From: a virus
Taxonomy: Duplodnaviria > Caudoviricetes
DNA length: 55,849 bases
Strand: one strand, 5' to 3'
IMG/VR virus record: IMGVR_UViG_3300001535_000005
Coordinates: 1-55,849 of that record
Shown one piece after another: positions 45,280-54,477 of this stretch; within the stretch, counting starts at the first letter, position 1, and each line of letters starts with the position of its first letter. A model generated the notes under the pieces. The model worked only from the letters and a program-made list of their open reading frames with translations. It was not told the origin of the DNA and searched no databases. A program made the translations under genes and the position numbers.

Positions 45280-45511
45280 TTTGTGCCTGCCACTCCGCGA
45301 GGGTCATTTCCTCGTCCGCGGGCGCAATAGATGGCGCAATTCCGCTTAACTTGTCCAGCGCCAGATCCAGCGCCTTGCGGTCCCACCGGCGGGTGCCGGG
45401 TAGTGGCGCGGGCGCGCGGCCGGTGGCCACCCACTGCGCGAACGTGCCCGGCTTCAGCCCAAGATAGGCAGCCGCCTCGGCGCCGGGCATGAGGCGGGGT
45501 TGGGTCAACAC
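45266..45511 (-). CDS. Excisionase-like HTH protein
   Basis: AAAYLGL...F...GRAP.P...WDRKALD; directly upstream of int. Confidence 0.8.
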   Translation of the reverse strand: MLTQPRLMPGAEAAAYLGLKPGTFAQWVATGRAPAPLPGTRRWDRKALDLALDKLSGIAPSIAPADEEMTLAEWQAQNASR

Positions 45512-46140
45512 CGAACCTCGATATAGTCGATAGCGGCGCCTGGGACTTCATCATCAAACACAGCGATAACCAGTCGGCTGGTGCGCCACGCTAACGTGTC
45601 TAGATTGGTCCTGCTGCCATACAGTTCCGGACCTTTCGGGTTCGGCGTGTGACCGTGGACGACGTGGCGGTCACCGTGGCCTACGTCTGCCTCTGGCGGG
45701 TATCGGAACCACATCTTGTATTCGTCCGTCTGCTCATCAAGCGGTGCACCGGGGTTCACCCCTGCGTGAACGAACACACGATGCTTGTCGACATGAATGG
45801 TCGGCAGATTCTTTGCCCACTCGACATGCTTCGGAGGTATAACCCCGCCATACGAAACGAGCGTTTGCGCACCGCCGTTACCAACCCACCAGCCGGGGTC
45901 TAGCGGTGCAGTGATTGTCTCAACCATCATGTCCTCGTGGTTGCCTTTGAGACAGACCACATTAGGGTTGCAGCGCATGAGATATTCGACGACCTGACGG
46001 GACTCGGGGCCTCGGTCAATGTAGTCACCAAGCAGCACGATTTTGTGCGGCTTAGGGTTATAGACTTCGATCTCGGCGAAGGCCCGCGTCAACAGGTCGA
46101 AGCGACCGTGCAGATCTGCGATTGCGAAGGTTTTGGACAT
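45505..46140 (-). CDS. Ser/Thr protein phosphatase-type metallophosphoesterase (NinI-like)
   Basis: DLHG, GDYIDRG, GNHE, HAG and HGHT motifs. Confidence 0.92.
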   Translation of the reverse strand: MSKTFAIADLHGRFDLLTRAFAEIEVYNPKPHKIVLLGDYIDRGPESRQVVEYLMRCNPNVVCLKGNHEDMMVETITAPLDPGWWVGNGGAQTLVSYGGVIPPKHVEWAKNLPTIHVDKHRVFVHAGVNPGAPLDEQTDEYKMWFRYPPEADVGHGDRHVVHGHTPNPKGPELYGSRTNLDTLAWRTSRLVIAVFDDEVPGAAIDYIEVRC

Positions 46141-46466
46141 TACAACCGCTCCACTTCCACGCGCCCGACCCCACGCGCCGTCAGTCCGATCGCACGCGCC
46201 GCGCCCGACGACAGGTCCAGCGACCGTCCCCGGATGAAAGGTCCGCGGTCATTCACCACGACCACCACGCAACCCGACAGACACACCCGCAGCCGGGTGC
46301 CGAACGGCAGCGTGCGATGCGCCGCGGTCAGACCGCTCGGCACGAACCGGGCGCCGCTGGCGGTGCGGCTGCCGGACTCGGAGCCGTAGAAGGACGCGAC
46401 CATGGGTTCGGCAAAGGCCGGGGTGGCGACGAGCAGCAGCAGGATGGCGAGGGTAAGACGGTTCAA
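46140..46466 (-). CDS. RlpA-like double-psi beta-barrel lytic transglycosylase
   Basis: Signal peptide; ASFYG, TASG, TAAHRTLPFGT, VNDRGPF and LDLS motifs. Confidence 0.92.
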   Translation of the reverse strand: MNRLTLAILLLLVATPAFAEPMVASFYGSESGSRTASGARFVPSGLTAAHRTLPFGTRLRVCLSGCVVVVVNDRGPFIRGRSLDLSSGAARAIGLTARGVGRVEVERL

Positions 46467-46813
46467 ACAGCACCGCCAAGACGCGCCAGACGCTGTTCTT
46501 CGCGGGCAAGTCGCTCCTTGGCCAATGCGATATCGCGCTCCGTGCGTTTGCGATACTCAGCATGACGGGCTGCGACCTCATCATCAGTCGGCGGACGTTG
46601 ATACGCAAGCGTCAGTGCAACCGGACCGCAGTCACTATCGCTTTCCATTTCGATGGTGACAGACCCCTTGAACTCGTCTGGCACACTGTCCAGTTTGGAC
46701 TGCAGCCACCCAATAGCTTGAATTAGGTTGTCGGGCAGGAAATCCTCGTCGTAGGATCGTCCCTCGAACAATTTTACCGTTTGCGAATATTCGAACTTTA
46801 CGAAGTCAGTCAT
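46463..46813 (-). CDS. Hypothetical protein
   Basis: AAGGA RBS; coupled. Confidence 0.7.
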   Translation of the reverse strand: MTDFVKFEYSQTVKLFEGRSYDEDFLPDNLIQAIGWLQSKLDSVPDEFKGSVTIEMESDSDCGPVALTLAYQRPPTDDEVAARHAEYRKRTERDIALAKERLAREEQRLARLGGAV

Positions 46814-47025
46814 ACCGTTTCCTTCTCAACTACAGTCACACGAGTAGGCCCCTTCGCCCCTCGCTCGATCATTACCGCACCCGCCGCAGCCAGAGCATTC
46901 CACGTCGAGCGCATCACCGGCGCCAACTCGCCCGCCGCCAGCAGCACACCGTTCTTGTCGAAGCAGCTGGTGTCGTTGTGTTCGCGTAACCACTTCAGCG
47001 CGGCAAGTTGGGCCTTGGTGCGCAT
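46810..47025 (-). CDS. Hypothetical protein
   Basis: MRTKAQLAALKWL...; coupled. Confidence 0.6.
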   Translation of the reverse strand: MRTKAQLAALKWLREHNDTSCFDKNGVLLAAGELAPVMRSTWNALAAAGAVMIERGAKGPTRVTVVEKETV

Positions 47026-47642
47026 CACGCTACCATCTCCGCATGTGTCGGCACCAAAGCGGGCGCATCGATCCAGCCGTGCGCAGCGTGATCCGCCGCA
47101 GCCAATGCCCGTAGCTTGTCCGCGCCGGCTCGCGGCATGCTGTAGCCGATACCCCACAGGGTCTCGATGGTCACGTCGAGCGACTTCAGCTTCGCCCGCA
47201 CCTTGCAGACAAACACATCAACGATCTTCGGTTCAGGATGCTCGCCGTCGCCGTACATCGAGAACAGCAGCGACGACTTGGTGCACATTGGGTGATGAAC
47301 GAGCGCGCTGACGACCATGGCTTCGCTGCGCGTCAGGCCGCCGACACCATAGAACATCTCGAACTGGTCGCTGTGGTCGTCGCGCAGGTCACGCTCCCGT
47401 GCCAGCGCGTCATCGAGTTGCATTCGCAGATTAGTGACTTCGGCAAGCAGCGCGCCCTTGCGATCCTCGGGTGTCGCCGGCGGGAGCATCTGCAGTTCAT
47501 CCCGCGCTTTGGCGCGCTCGCACATTCCCTTGACCCGGCTCGGCGGCAGCGCCAATGCCCGCGCGATCGTGGAAATGGCAATCCCCTGCCGCGCAAAAAC
47601 GGTCACGACGTCTGAGGTGCTGTGTGATGCGTCTCGGGTCAT
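47025..47642 (-). CDS. CtrA-like OmpR/PhoB winged-helix protein without receiver domain
   Basis: PEPKIVDVFVCKVRAKL...IETLWGIGY; additional N-terminal HTH. Confidence 0.85.
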   Translation of the reverse strand: MTRDASHSTSDVVTVFARQGIAISTIARALALPPSRVKGMCERAKARDELQMLPPATPEDRKGALLAEVTNLRMQLDDALARERDLRDDHSDQFEMFYGVGGLTRSEAMVVSALVHHPMCTKSSLLFSMYGDGEHPEPKIVDVFVCKVRAKLKSLDVTIETLWGIGYSMPRAGADKLRALAAADHAAHGWIDAPALVPTHAEMVA

Positions 47643-47679
47643 GGTAGGTGTTCCCTGTCCTTAGCTGTCCTGTGATTGC

Positions 47680-47709
47680 ATACTGTCGCCGTTTATACGG
47701 AAAGTCAAC
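47680..47709 (-). promoter_or_regulatory. Repeated operator/promoter
   Basis: Reverse complement GTTGACTTTCCGTATAAACG; core at 47696..47709. Confidence 0.7.
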
Positions 47710-48076
47710 AGTTAGGTCGAACAATTCCACAGCGACGCGCGAACGCCTTTGCATCTTCCAGGCTGTCGACCACCTCAATCGTCGCGCCGGCCGCACGAAG
47801 CATGGGAATCAGCGCCTTCTGCGCAGCGGACAGCACGCCGCCGGGCTTCTTGAACTCGGTGCAAATTAAAGCGCCCCAGAGATGGTGCACGTCGGGGATT
47901 CCCGCCAGCACGCCCTCCTGCTTCAGCCGCTTCGCCTCGAACCCATCGCGGTGCCCGCCGTTCGGCACCGACCAGCACAGCACACCGGGCAGCAGTGCCG
48001 GCTCTAGCTTGCCCGGCTCGCCCCGCGCCCAAAGTATGTAGGCTCGCTGGATATCATGCTCGCTGGGGATGGGCAT
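47705..48076 (-). CDS. VRR-NUC domain nuclease
   Basis: SEHDIQ, VPNGG, GVLAGIPD, EFK and SAAQK motifs. Confidence 0.88.
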   Translation of the reverse strand: MPIPSEHDIQRAYILWARGEPGKLEPALLPGVLCWSVPNGGHRDGFEAKRLKQEGVLAGIPDVHHLWGALICTEFKKPGGVLSAAQKALIPMLRAAGATIEVVDSLEDAKAFARRCGIVRPNC

Positions 48077-48084
48077 GCGCGCAG

Positions 48085-48369
48085 CTATTCCGAGACTTCT
48101 GTGGTGGGTGCGGCGGTCTCCAGTGGCGGCACTTGCGCTCGGAACCTCAATGGCTCGGCGCGCAGGTTGGCGCGGTACATCTCAAGCCGCTCGGGCAGAT
48201 CGTTACCACGGTCTCCGTTGCACTCCTCATCTTCCTCATCGAAACACGCTTCGCATAGCGTGAAGGCGCGTCCCGTGGGCGAATAGATGCCGCTTTCGCC
48301 GAGGCAGTCCCTGTCCTGATCGACCTTGATGCGGCACCGAGCGCACATACTTCCCATCGCATAATCCAT
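48085..48369 (-). CDS. Hypothetical Zn-binding protein
   Basis: CARC...CEAC; GAGGAAGGA RBS. Confidence 0.6.
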   Translation of the reverse strand: MDYAMGSMCARCRIKVDQDRDCLGESGIYSPTGRAFTLCEACFDEEDEECNGDRGNDLPERLEMYRANLRAEPLRFRAQVPPLETAAPTTEVSE

Positions 48370-48386
48370 AGATTATCCTTCCTCGA

Positions 48387-48578
48387 TCAAAGCTCGTATT
48401 GCTTGTAGGTCTCGTGGCGCACATCCTCGAACGCTGCGACGATTGCGGCAACGGTGTCCTCGCAGACACCAAAGCAACCGCTGCGAGTCGGTGGCGTCGT
48501 GTTGCAGGCGCATTTCACGACCTCGTCTAGCGGGACGCCACGACGTATCGCTTTGATGGCCCGCTCTCTGTCAGTCAT
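48387..48578 (-). CDS. Hypothetical protein
   Basis: AAAGGA RBS. Confidence 0.6.
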   Translation of the reverse strand: MTDRERAIKAIRRGVPLDEVVKCACNTTPPTRSGCFGVCEDTVAAIVAAFEDVRHETYKQYEL

Positions 48579-48618
48579 GTCACATCCTTTCGTTCGTTTG
48601 AAGTGACCGCTGGACTGG

Positions 48619-50607
48619 TCATATCACCAGCTTCCGTGCGCGTTCGATGTAGTAATCATAATTAATTCGCGAAAAATCGAAGTCCGAAGCCCGGTTGCAC
48701 TCCGCCACCAAGAACCCCGACTCGATTGACGTCTCGCGGATCTCATACCGCGACTTATTTTTGGTGTGATACCGTGTATCCCATTCGGTGCCAGCCTGCA
48801 CCCACTCACTGTCGCTAAGCCCCGATCGGCGCTTGAAGTCCCCCACCCGCGCGCCCTTAGCCGGTGGCGAAATCTTACGCATCGGCTCACCGTTGGTGGC
48901 GATATAGTAGCGGGTGATGCGCTGCACCTCACGGCTACCGATCATCAGATTGTCGGAGCGGTTGACCTTGGCGCGACACATGAAGTCGAACTTATCGCCG
49001 TGGCCGTAGATGAACCGTTCGATGTCGGTGCCGTGAACCATGTGCGCGACGGCGGCCTTGTTGATCACGAGCGCTGACAAATCCTTGTGCCATGCCGGGG
49101 CGCCGGTGTTCATATCTTCCGGGAATTTCTCGGGGTACCAGTATGCGTCGCCCTTCAGCTTCAGCTTTCCCGTGGTGGTTTCGCTGACGTAATTGTTGAC
49201 GTTAGCGATCCACATGCGGGAATACTCAACCTCCTCCAGCTTCAGCAGCGTGGCCGCTTCCCACATCGCCTGCAGTGCCCGCGCCTGCTCGACCATCGAT
49301 CGGTGCACGCGATACGTGATCCCATCTGTATTTGCTTGTATGATCTGCAGCGATGGCACGGTGAACAGCAATTCCGCCAACATGCACAGCATCAACTGAC
49401 CATTGATGGTGATAGCCATGGTGAAACGCGGGTCGTAGAACACGCTATATTTGTTGTTCGAGTTGCCATAGGTGCCGTTGCTGGCCAGCTTGAACAGTGC
49501 GTTCTCGACGGTCCCCTTCTTGTGCAGGGCGCGCTCCTCGGGCAGCTTGGAATATTCCCGCACGAACGCCTCACCAAGATGTTCCGGATACAGCCGGTTC
49601 ACGATGGCGATTCGTGGATACAGACCGATCACGTCGATGTCGCGAACCACGAAGTTGTCGTCCGACGCGAACTTCTGCCTGGTCACCGATGCGTGGATAC
49701 CACCAGTACCGAAGATAAAATCAACGCCGCCGACGTTCGCCGACACACCGGTGAACACGCCCTTCGTCTGGATCGTCTCAGTCAGGTCGTTGGCGGTCAG
49801 CGTCTGCGTGCGCATCCATACCAGCACCCGGTTGAACTCGGGGTGATTGAATCGGATGTAGGGGAAGATGATGTCGTTCAGGGCGATGCGGTCGCGCGGC
49901 GTCTGTCGCGGCTGACGACTACCGTACTCGCGGGTATAGCAGACCTCATCGCCGAGCCGCTGCTCCAGGATCTTTGACCCGATCTTGGTGTCCGCGAAGT
50001 TCAGTACGTCGCCCTTGATCGTGGCGGACAGGCCGATTCGGAAATTAATGGCGTCCATGCTGATATGCGCGAACTTGCGAGTCTCGCGGACGTCATGGCG
50101 GTTGTACGGGATGATGTGATGGTCGATCTGCTCCCGCGTCACGATCGTACCGAACGGGACCGGCGATTCCAACACGGTCTCGCTGCGCATGTTGACCTCT
50201 AGCGCCTTGAGGCTGGTGCGCTTCGCGGGGTTGTCAAAATGGTGTAGTTTTAAAAGATCGACTTGAATGCAGACACGATCGTCCTGCCAGATTTGGTTAC
50301 CCCAGCGATTCGTATGGTCGTTGATGATCTCCATGGCGAAGTCGTAAATCTCGCCGACCGTGACGTACTGGTTATTGTAGATGAAGTGAAGCACCGGATA
50401 ATCGAAGGAAAGTGAATTAAAACCCACCATCGGCGTCTCGGTCATCTGCCAGTACGCGATCCACTGAAACAGCGCGGCGCGATCATCCCTGAACTCGCTG
50501 ATCTCGAACGTCATGTCCAGTTCGGAGTGCAGCCCGATCACGTTCATGGTGAATGCGTTGGGGAACGTCTCCAGATCGTAGACGATTGCGTGTTCGAGGC
50601 TGATCAC
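48619..50607 (-). CDS. DNA polymerase, family-B-like, with 3'-5' exonuclease
   Basis: YDLET, GFNS..FD and YN..DV exonuclease motifs; DIDV.GLYP, KL.SN.TYG and NTDG polymerase motifs. Confidence 0.92.
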   Translation of the reverse strand: MISLEHAIVYDLETFPNAFTMNVIGLHSELDMTFEISEFRDDRAALFQWIAYWQMTETPMVGFNSLSFDYPVLHFIYNNQYVTVGEIYDFAMEIINDHTNRWGNQIWQDDRVCIQVDLLKLHHFDNPAKRTSLKALEVNMRSETVLESPVPFGTIVTREQIDHHIIPYNRHDVRETRKFAHISMDAINFRIGLSATIKGDVLNFADTKIGSKILEQRLGDEVCYTREYGSRQPRQTPRDRIALNDIIFPYIRFNHPEFNRVLVWMRTQTLTANDLTETIQTKGVFTGVSANVGGVDFIFGTGGIHASVTRQKFASDDNFVVRDIDVIGLYPRIAIVNRLYPEHLGEAFVREYSKLPEERALHKKGTVENALFKLASNGTYGNSNNKYSVFYDPRFTMAITINGQLMLCMLAELLFTVPSLQIIQANTDGITYRVHRSMVEQARALQAMWEAATLLKLEEVEYSRMWIANVNNYVSETTTGKLKLKGDAYWYPEKFPEDMNTGAPAWHKDLSALVINKAAVAHMVHGTDIERFIYGHGDKFDFMCRAKVNRSDNLMIGSREVQRITRYYIATNGEPMRKISPPAKGARVGDFKRRSGLSDSEWVQAGTEWDTRYHTKNKSRYEIRETSIESGFLVAECNRASDFDFSRINYDYYIERARKLVI

Positions 50608-51005
50608 AGCAACCGCCCGTCCGGCAAAATGACATGTACCGGTTTACCCGTGCGCCGAGCAAAACGGATCGTCGACCAGGTGCCGCTGCGCAACTGCTCC
50701 TCGAACTCGCCGGGCGTGGCGATCATCTCTTCCGATTCGTTGACGATGTGTTTATTACGGGTCAGGTAGTCGTACCCTGGGCGGGTTTCATCAGCCGGAA
50801 AGAACGCGCGCTTGAAGCCGATGCGAGGCGGATGACCAATGATGCAGAAGCCCGCCAGCCGCGCAGCGTGGGATGCTTGCTCGTCGGCGCCGATGCAGTC
50901 GCCCTCGTGGAAACCACCTGGGGCGCGGGGAACAAGTAGTGACCACAAGGTCCGCCACTGTGCCTCGTTCATCCCACGCTGTGTTCCTGTGAAGCCGACC
51001 TGCAT
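50604..51005 (-). CDS. SLOG/DprA-like Rossmannoid protein
   Basis: VGFTGT, GDCIGAD, RNK.IV and SGTWST motifs. Confidence 0.7.
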   Translation of the reverse strand: MQVGFTGTQRGMNEAQWRTLWSLLVPRAPGGFHEGDCIGADEQASHAARLAGFCIIGHPPRIGFKRAFFPADETRPGYDYLTRNKHIVNESEEMIATPGEFEEQLRSGTWSTIRFARRTGKPVHVILPDGRLL

Positions 51006-51158
51006 CTGCTGCCCTTAAATTAACGCACCGGATTTGGCCCACGGCTCCGGTGCTGGCCGTTTTGCGGCAGATGCAATTTGGCACGTTGATTGCTGTCTGC
51101 TGGGCAGGTAGTCAGCGGCGGGGATACGCTGAACCAAGTCCCCGCCGCTATTCTTGAA

Positions 51159-51971
51159 TTAGTGCGCCGGTGCCGGGAAGGACGGCAGGCCGGGAGGGAG
51201 CGGAGGCGCCGGCGGTGCGGGCGGAGCCATGGTGGGCGCGGCGGGCGGCATGGGCGCAGCCGGAGCCATCGGCGGGATGGGCATCGTGGGAGCCGCACCC
51301 GGCGCCGCAGGTGCTGCAGGAGCCGCCGTCCCGGCGACACTTGCGAACATCTGCGATGCCGAGCGGGGACCAGACGAACCGATCGGGTCGCCGGGTCGGG
51401 TATACAGCACGCCTTCGTAACCGTAGTTGCATCCAAAAGTTTGATTTTGGAAGCTGTAAGCATTCAACGAGACATAACCGTAGTCGCCGGACTTGTAGAG
51501 TTGCTGGCCATTGACAACCTTCGCCGGAATCTCCTGCGCCACACCATTCTGCATCACACACACACGCGGGCCGGGATCAAGGTTCGTCGAAACCTCGATG
51601 ACCCACGACCCCTTACGCCACGCATTCGACGCTGCGATCTGCTCGGGGGTTTTCGGAGCGACGCCGGGCTTGGGCTTCGCGACATGCGGCTGGTCGCCAT
51701 CCTGGATCGGCCATTTGCCGCCGGCCGGGAACGATCCCCATGCCTTGGTTGCGGCTTCCATAGCGAGACCGGCGAGGATTGCGTAGTTCGGGCACTGCGC
51801 CGGGTCCGCATGCAGCTTCGGCAGCAGCACGACAGCATCGTGTCGCGGCTTTTCGAGCGGTGCACCGCCGGCAGACTTGGTCCGCTTTTCATGATGGAAT
51901 GGGAATGCGATGCGCGCTTCGCCGATCAGTTTGGTTTCGCTGCGCTGGGATTTGTGCTTGACGTCAGTCAT
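51159..51971 (-). CDS. ssDNA-binding protein (DUF2815-like) with Pro-rich tail
   Basis: RIAFP, P..DGD and SGDYG motifs; lies between the nuclease and the polymerase. Confidence 0.75.
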   Translation of the reverse strand: MTDVKHKSQRSETKLIGEARIAFPFHHEKRTKSAGGAPLEKPRHDAVVLLPKLHADPAQCPNYAILAGLAMEAATKAWGSFPAGGKWPIQDGDQPHVAKPKPGVAPKTPEQIAASNAWRKGSWVIEVSTNLDPGPRVCVMQNGVAQEIPAKVVNGQQLYKSGDYGYVSLNAYSFQNQTFGCNYGYEGVLYTRPGDPIGSSGPRSASQMFASVAGTAAPAAPAAPGAAPTMPIPPMAPAAPMPPAAPTMAPPAPPAPPLPPGLPSFPAPAH

Positions 51972-52009
51972 GGTATCCTCTCTGGATGTTGAAAGTCTGC
52001 AACAATACG

Positions 52010-52039
52010 GACAATAGATAGTTTATACGGAAAGTCAAC
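52010..52039 (-). promoter_or_regulatory. Repeated operator/promoter
   Basis: Reverse complement GTTGACTTTCCGTATAAAC; core at 52026..52039. Confidence 0.7.
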
Positions 52040-52047
52040 GCCCAACT

Positions 52048-52209
52048 TTAAGGTATGTTGCGCCCTTCCCGCTCAATCGCACATTCTGCAACATCGCGCG
52101 CCGTGATCTGGCTATGGGCCAGACAGCCCCGCATGTCCTCGCGAGTCGGTCCCTGCGGACCGCATGCGGACAAGAGCAGGATTAGTGCGAGGGCAACGGT
52201 GCGGGTCAT
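52048..52209 (-). CDS. Small lipoprotein (53 aa)
   Basis: Read by hand: MTRTVALALILLLSACGPQGP... (LSAC lipobox). Confidence 0.65.
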   Translation of the reverse strand: MTRTVALALILLLSACGPQGPTREDMRGCLAHSQITARDVAECAIEREGRNIP

Positions 52210-52856
52210 TGATCAGTACCCTTGCGTTCATGGCGCGTGACGGATGATGCGGCAATCTCGGCAGCAAGGTCTTGCGCAATTTCGTGCAACTCATGATCCG
52301 CTAAGCCCATCGCTCCGCCGCTTGCCGCTTGCTTTAAGGCGGGTATAATCAGCACTAGCAACCGCTCCCGCATCCAGGCATCTGCGGTGGAGGCGTAGAT
52401 TGGCTCGACTTTGACCCACTCATACAGAATGCCCTTCGTATTGCCGTAGTGCTCGTCCGCCTCTGCCTTATCGAAGAAAACCCTACCGGCGACCTTCTTT
52501 TCAACACTGCCAATGATCCAGCCGAATGGCTCCGCCACAGCCCCCGCGTCGGCCGCCTCTGGCGCACGGAGACCCAAGATCGCGTCAGCTTTCTCGAACG
52601 CCCGTTCTACTGCTGAAGTCGTAAGGTTTGTGGCGCAGTGCTCGTGCATCTCGAACGCCCGAGGATCAACTACTCGCGCAATGGACTCACGGTCGCACAA
52701 TCCTTGGACAGGAGCGCGCAACCGCTCGATCTCGGCGGCAACCTGGGACAGATCGTCGATAGTCGCTTCCTTGTCGAGTTGTACTGGCCCTGTTATGCCA
52801 TGCGACCACAAGGGATTCCGCAGGCGCCACAGCAAGTCGTCTTCATGATCACCCAT
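52206..52856 (-). CDS. Hypothetical protein
   Basis: AAGGA RBS; AAEIERLR motif. Confidence 0.65.
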   Translation of the reverse strand: MGDHEDDLLWRLRNPLWSHGITGPVQLDKEATIDDLSQVAAEIERLRAPVQGLCDRESIARVVDPRAFEMHEHCATNLTTSAVERAFEKADAILGLRAPEAADAGAVAEPFGWIIGSVEKKVAGRVFFDKAEADEHYGNTKGILYEWVKVEPIYASTADAWMRERLLVLIIPALKQAASGGAMGLADHELHEIAQDLAAEIAASSVTRHERKGTDQ

Positions 52857-52971
52857 TGGTACGGTCCTTCTGTTCGCGAATTGCGGTTGCGATATATTTG
52901 CCAGTGTTCTCAACCGCGAGGGCGAGAATCCATAATGCTATCGTCACTGTGATCAGGGCAGCGGATGTCAC
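52849..52971 (-). CDS. Small membrane protein
   Basis: GTGA coupling; one TM segment. Confidence 0.5.
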   Translation of the reverse strand: MTSAALITVTIALWILALAVENTGKYIATAIREQKDRTNG

Positions 52972-54122
52972 TTCTCGCCTCCCACAGTTGCACGCTCCGC
53001 TGACGTGAGCGCGAGTGCCCCGAACATCTCCGCCGCCGATTTTTGCGCCCACGGCTTCCGCTTGTCCGATTCGAACGCCAGCGCGGGACCGCCGGGCGGT
53101 GCTTCAGCGAGCAGGTCCACGCCTGTCACACCCATCTCTTCCGCCTGCGCGGGCGTTGGCGGCTTCAGCGCTTCGACGCCCTTCTGCTCCAGCACCGCGG
53201 CGCGCGCGGCTGCCTCGTTCTTCCAGGTACGGAACTTGGTGGCGGTGACCAGCTTCATGCCTGTGGGCACATTGCCTGCCAGTGCGACCTTGGTGGCGGC
53301 CTTGTCCAATCCCTTAAACCAGTCCGCGATCGGCTTCTCGCACGCCTTGAACATCGCAACCTGCCCCGGTGGTACGGCGTCCGGCGGGTTGGCCATCAGC
53401 ACGTTCAGCTTCATCAGCACGTCTTGCGACGTCGGGCAGCGACCAAACAATGGGCAGTATTTGCACTGCTCGCCGGCGATGAACGTCAACGGCCCATCGG
53501 GGATCGCCGCGACTTGACTTGCCCATGCGTGCAGATCCGCCGCCGGTTCGATCCACTGCTTCACCCGCGGCACCGGCATAAACGAATTGGGCTGCACCAC
53601 GACGTAGCGGATCCATCGGGCCGGCAGATTGAAGTTCAGAATCAGCGATGCAGCATAGACGCGCATCTGCTCGTTCTCGACCGCGTCCACGTCGACAAAG
53701 CCGTTCTTCATGTCCACGATGGTCACGACACCACCTGCTTCATACCAATGCCCGCAGTCCAATCGACCCCAAATCTGGTCGGTGAGTCGCACGCGCTGCT
53801 CAATCCACATCTTGCCGGGCGTCGCGGTCAATAACTGCCGGACATAGTCGACGAATAGCGCCAGACCGTAGGCCGCCGGATGGTCACCGTCCACATCGTC
53901 GCATAGGGCCAGCATGTCGCCGGCCGCCACGCTGCGGCTGTCCTGCTCGCTGCAGCCAAGCGGTCCCAGGATGCGCTCCAGTTCTTCATGCGCAGCAGTC
54001 CCTTCCGCCGCGGCGTCGCTCTCCTCCTGCTGTGGCAGCTTGGCGATCGCCGATGCGCTGGCGGTGCAGATGGTCCAGCGGTGTGCGCTGCTGGGGGCAT
54101 AGGTTGCGTGCTGGTCGGTCAT
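52968..54122 (-). CDS. DUF2800 / Cas4-like PD-(D/E)xK nuclease
   Basis: PSSAHRW..C, EGTAAH, GRLD, DMKNG, QMRVYA and C.YC motifs. Confidence 0.88.
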   Translation of the reverse strand: MTDQHATYAPSSAHRWTICTASASAIAKLPQQEESDAAAEGTAAHEELERILGPLGCSEQDSRSVAAGDMLALCDDVDGDHPAAYGLALFVDYVRQLLTATPGKMWIEQRVRLTDQIWGRLDCGHWYEAGGVVTIVDMKNGFVDVDAVENEQMRVYAASLILNFNLPARWIRYVVVQPNSFMPVPRVKQWIEPAADLHAWASQVAAIPDGPLTFIAGEQCKYCPLFGRCPTSQDVLMKLNVLMANPPDAVPPGQVAMFKACEKPIADWFKGLDKAATKVALAGNVPTGMKLVTATKFRTWKNEAAARAAVLEQKGVEALKPPTPAQAEEMGVTGVDLLAEAPPGGPALAFESDKRKPWAQKSAAEMFGALALTSAERATVGGEK

Positions 54123-54413
54123 GGCAAGTACTCCTCGTTGATGTCGATCCACATGAACCCGGCCCACTTGACTGCCCGGCGCTGCCCGCCAAGCGGCAAG
54201 AGCACCAGGTATTTTTCACTCTGATCGATATCCTCGACCAACACTTTCCAGTGGTTCTGCACGGCATCCTGCGGGGTCACACCATTTCCGTAGCTACCCG
54301 CGAGACAACCGCCTTCCTTGACGGAAACACCTGGCTGCGAGACGAACCAATCGCCCGGCTTCCGCATCTTCACCGAGTACATTCAACGCTGCGAACTTCT
54401 GCTGCCAGTCCAT
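54119..54413 (-). CDS. Hypothetical protein, possibly frameshifted near the 5' end
   Basis: RBS and ATG at 54413 (MDWQQKFAALNVLGE) are out of frame with the body 54119..54382. Confidence 0.45.
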
Positions 54414-54477
54414 CGTTCCCGTCCTTTAGTCCTTGGGCGGCGCCCTATTGCACCGCCCGTTCCATTCACCCGGCGCG

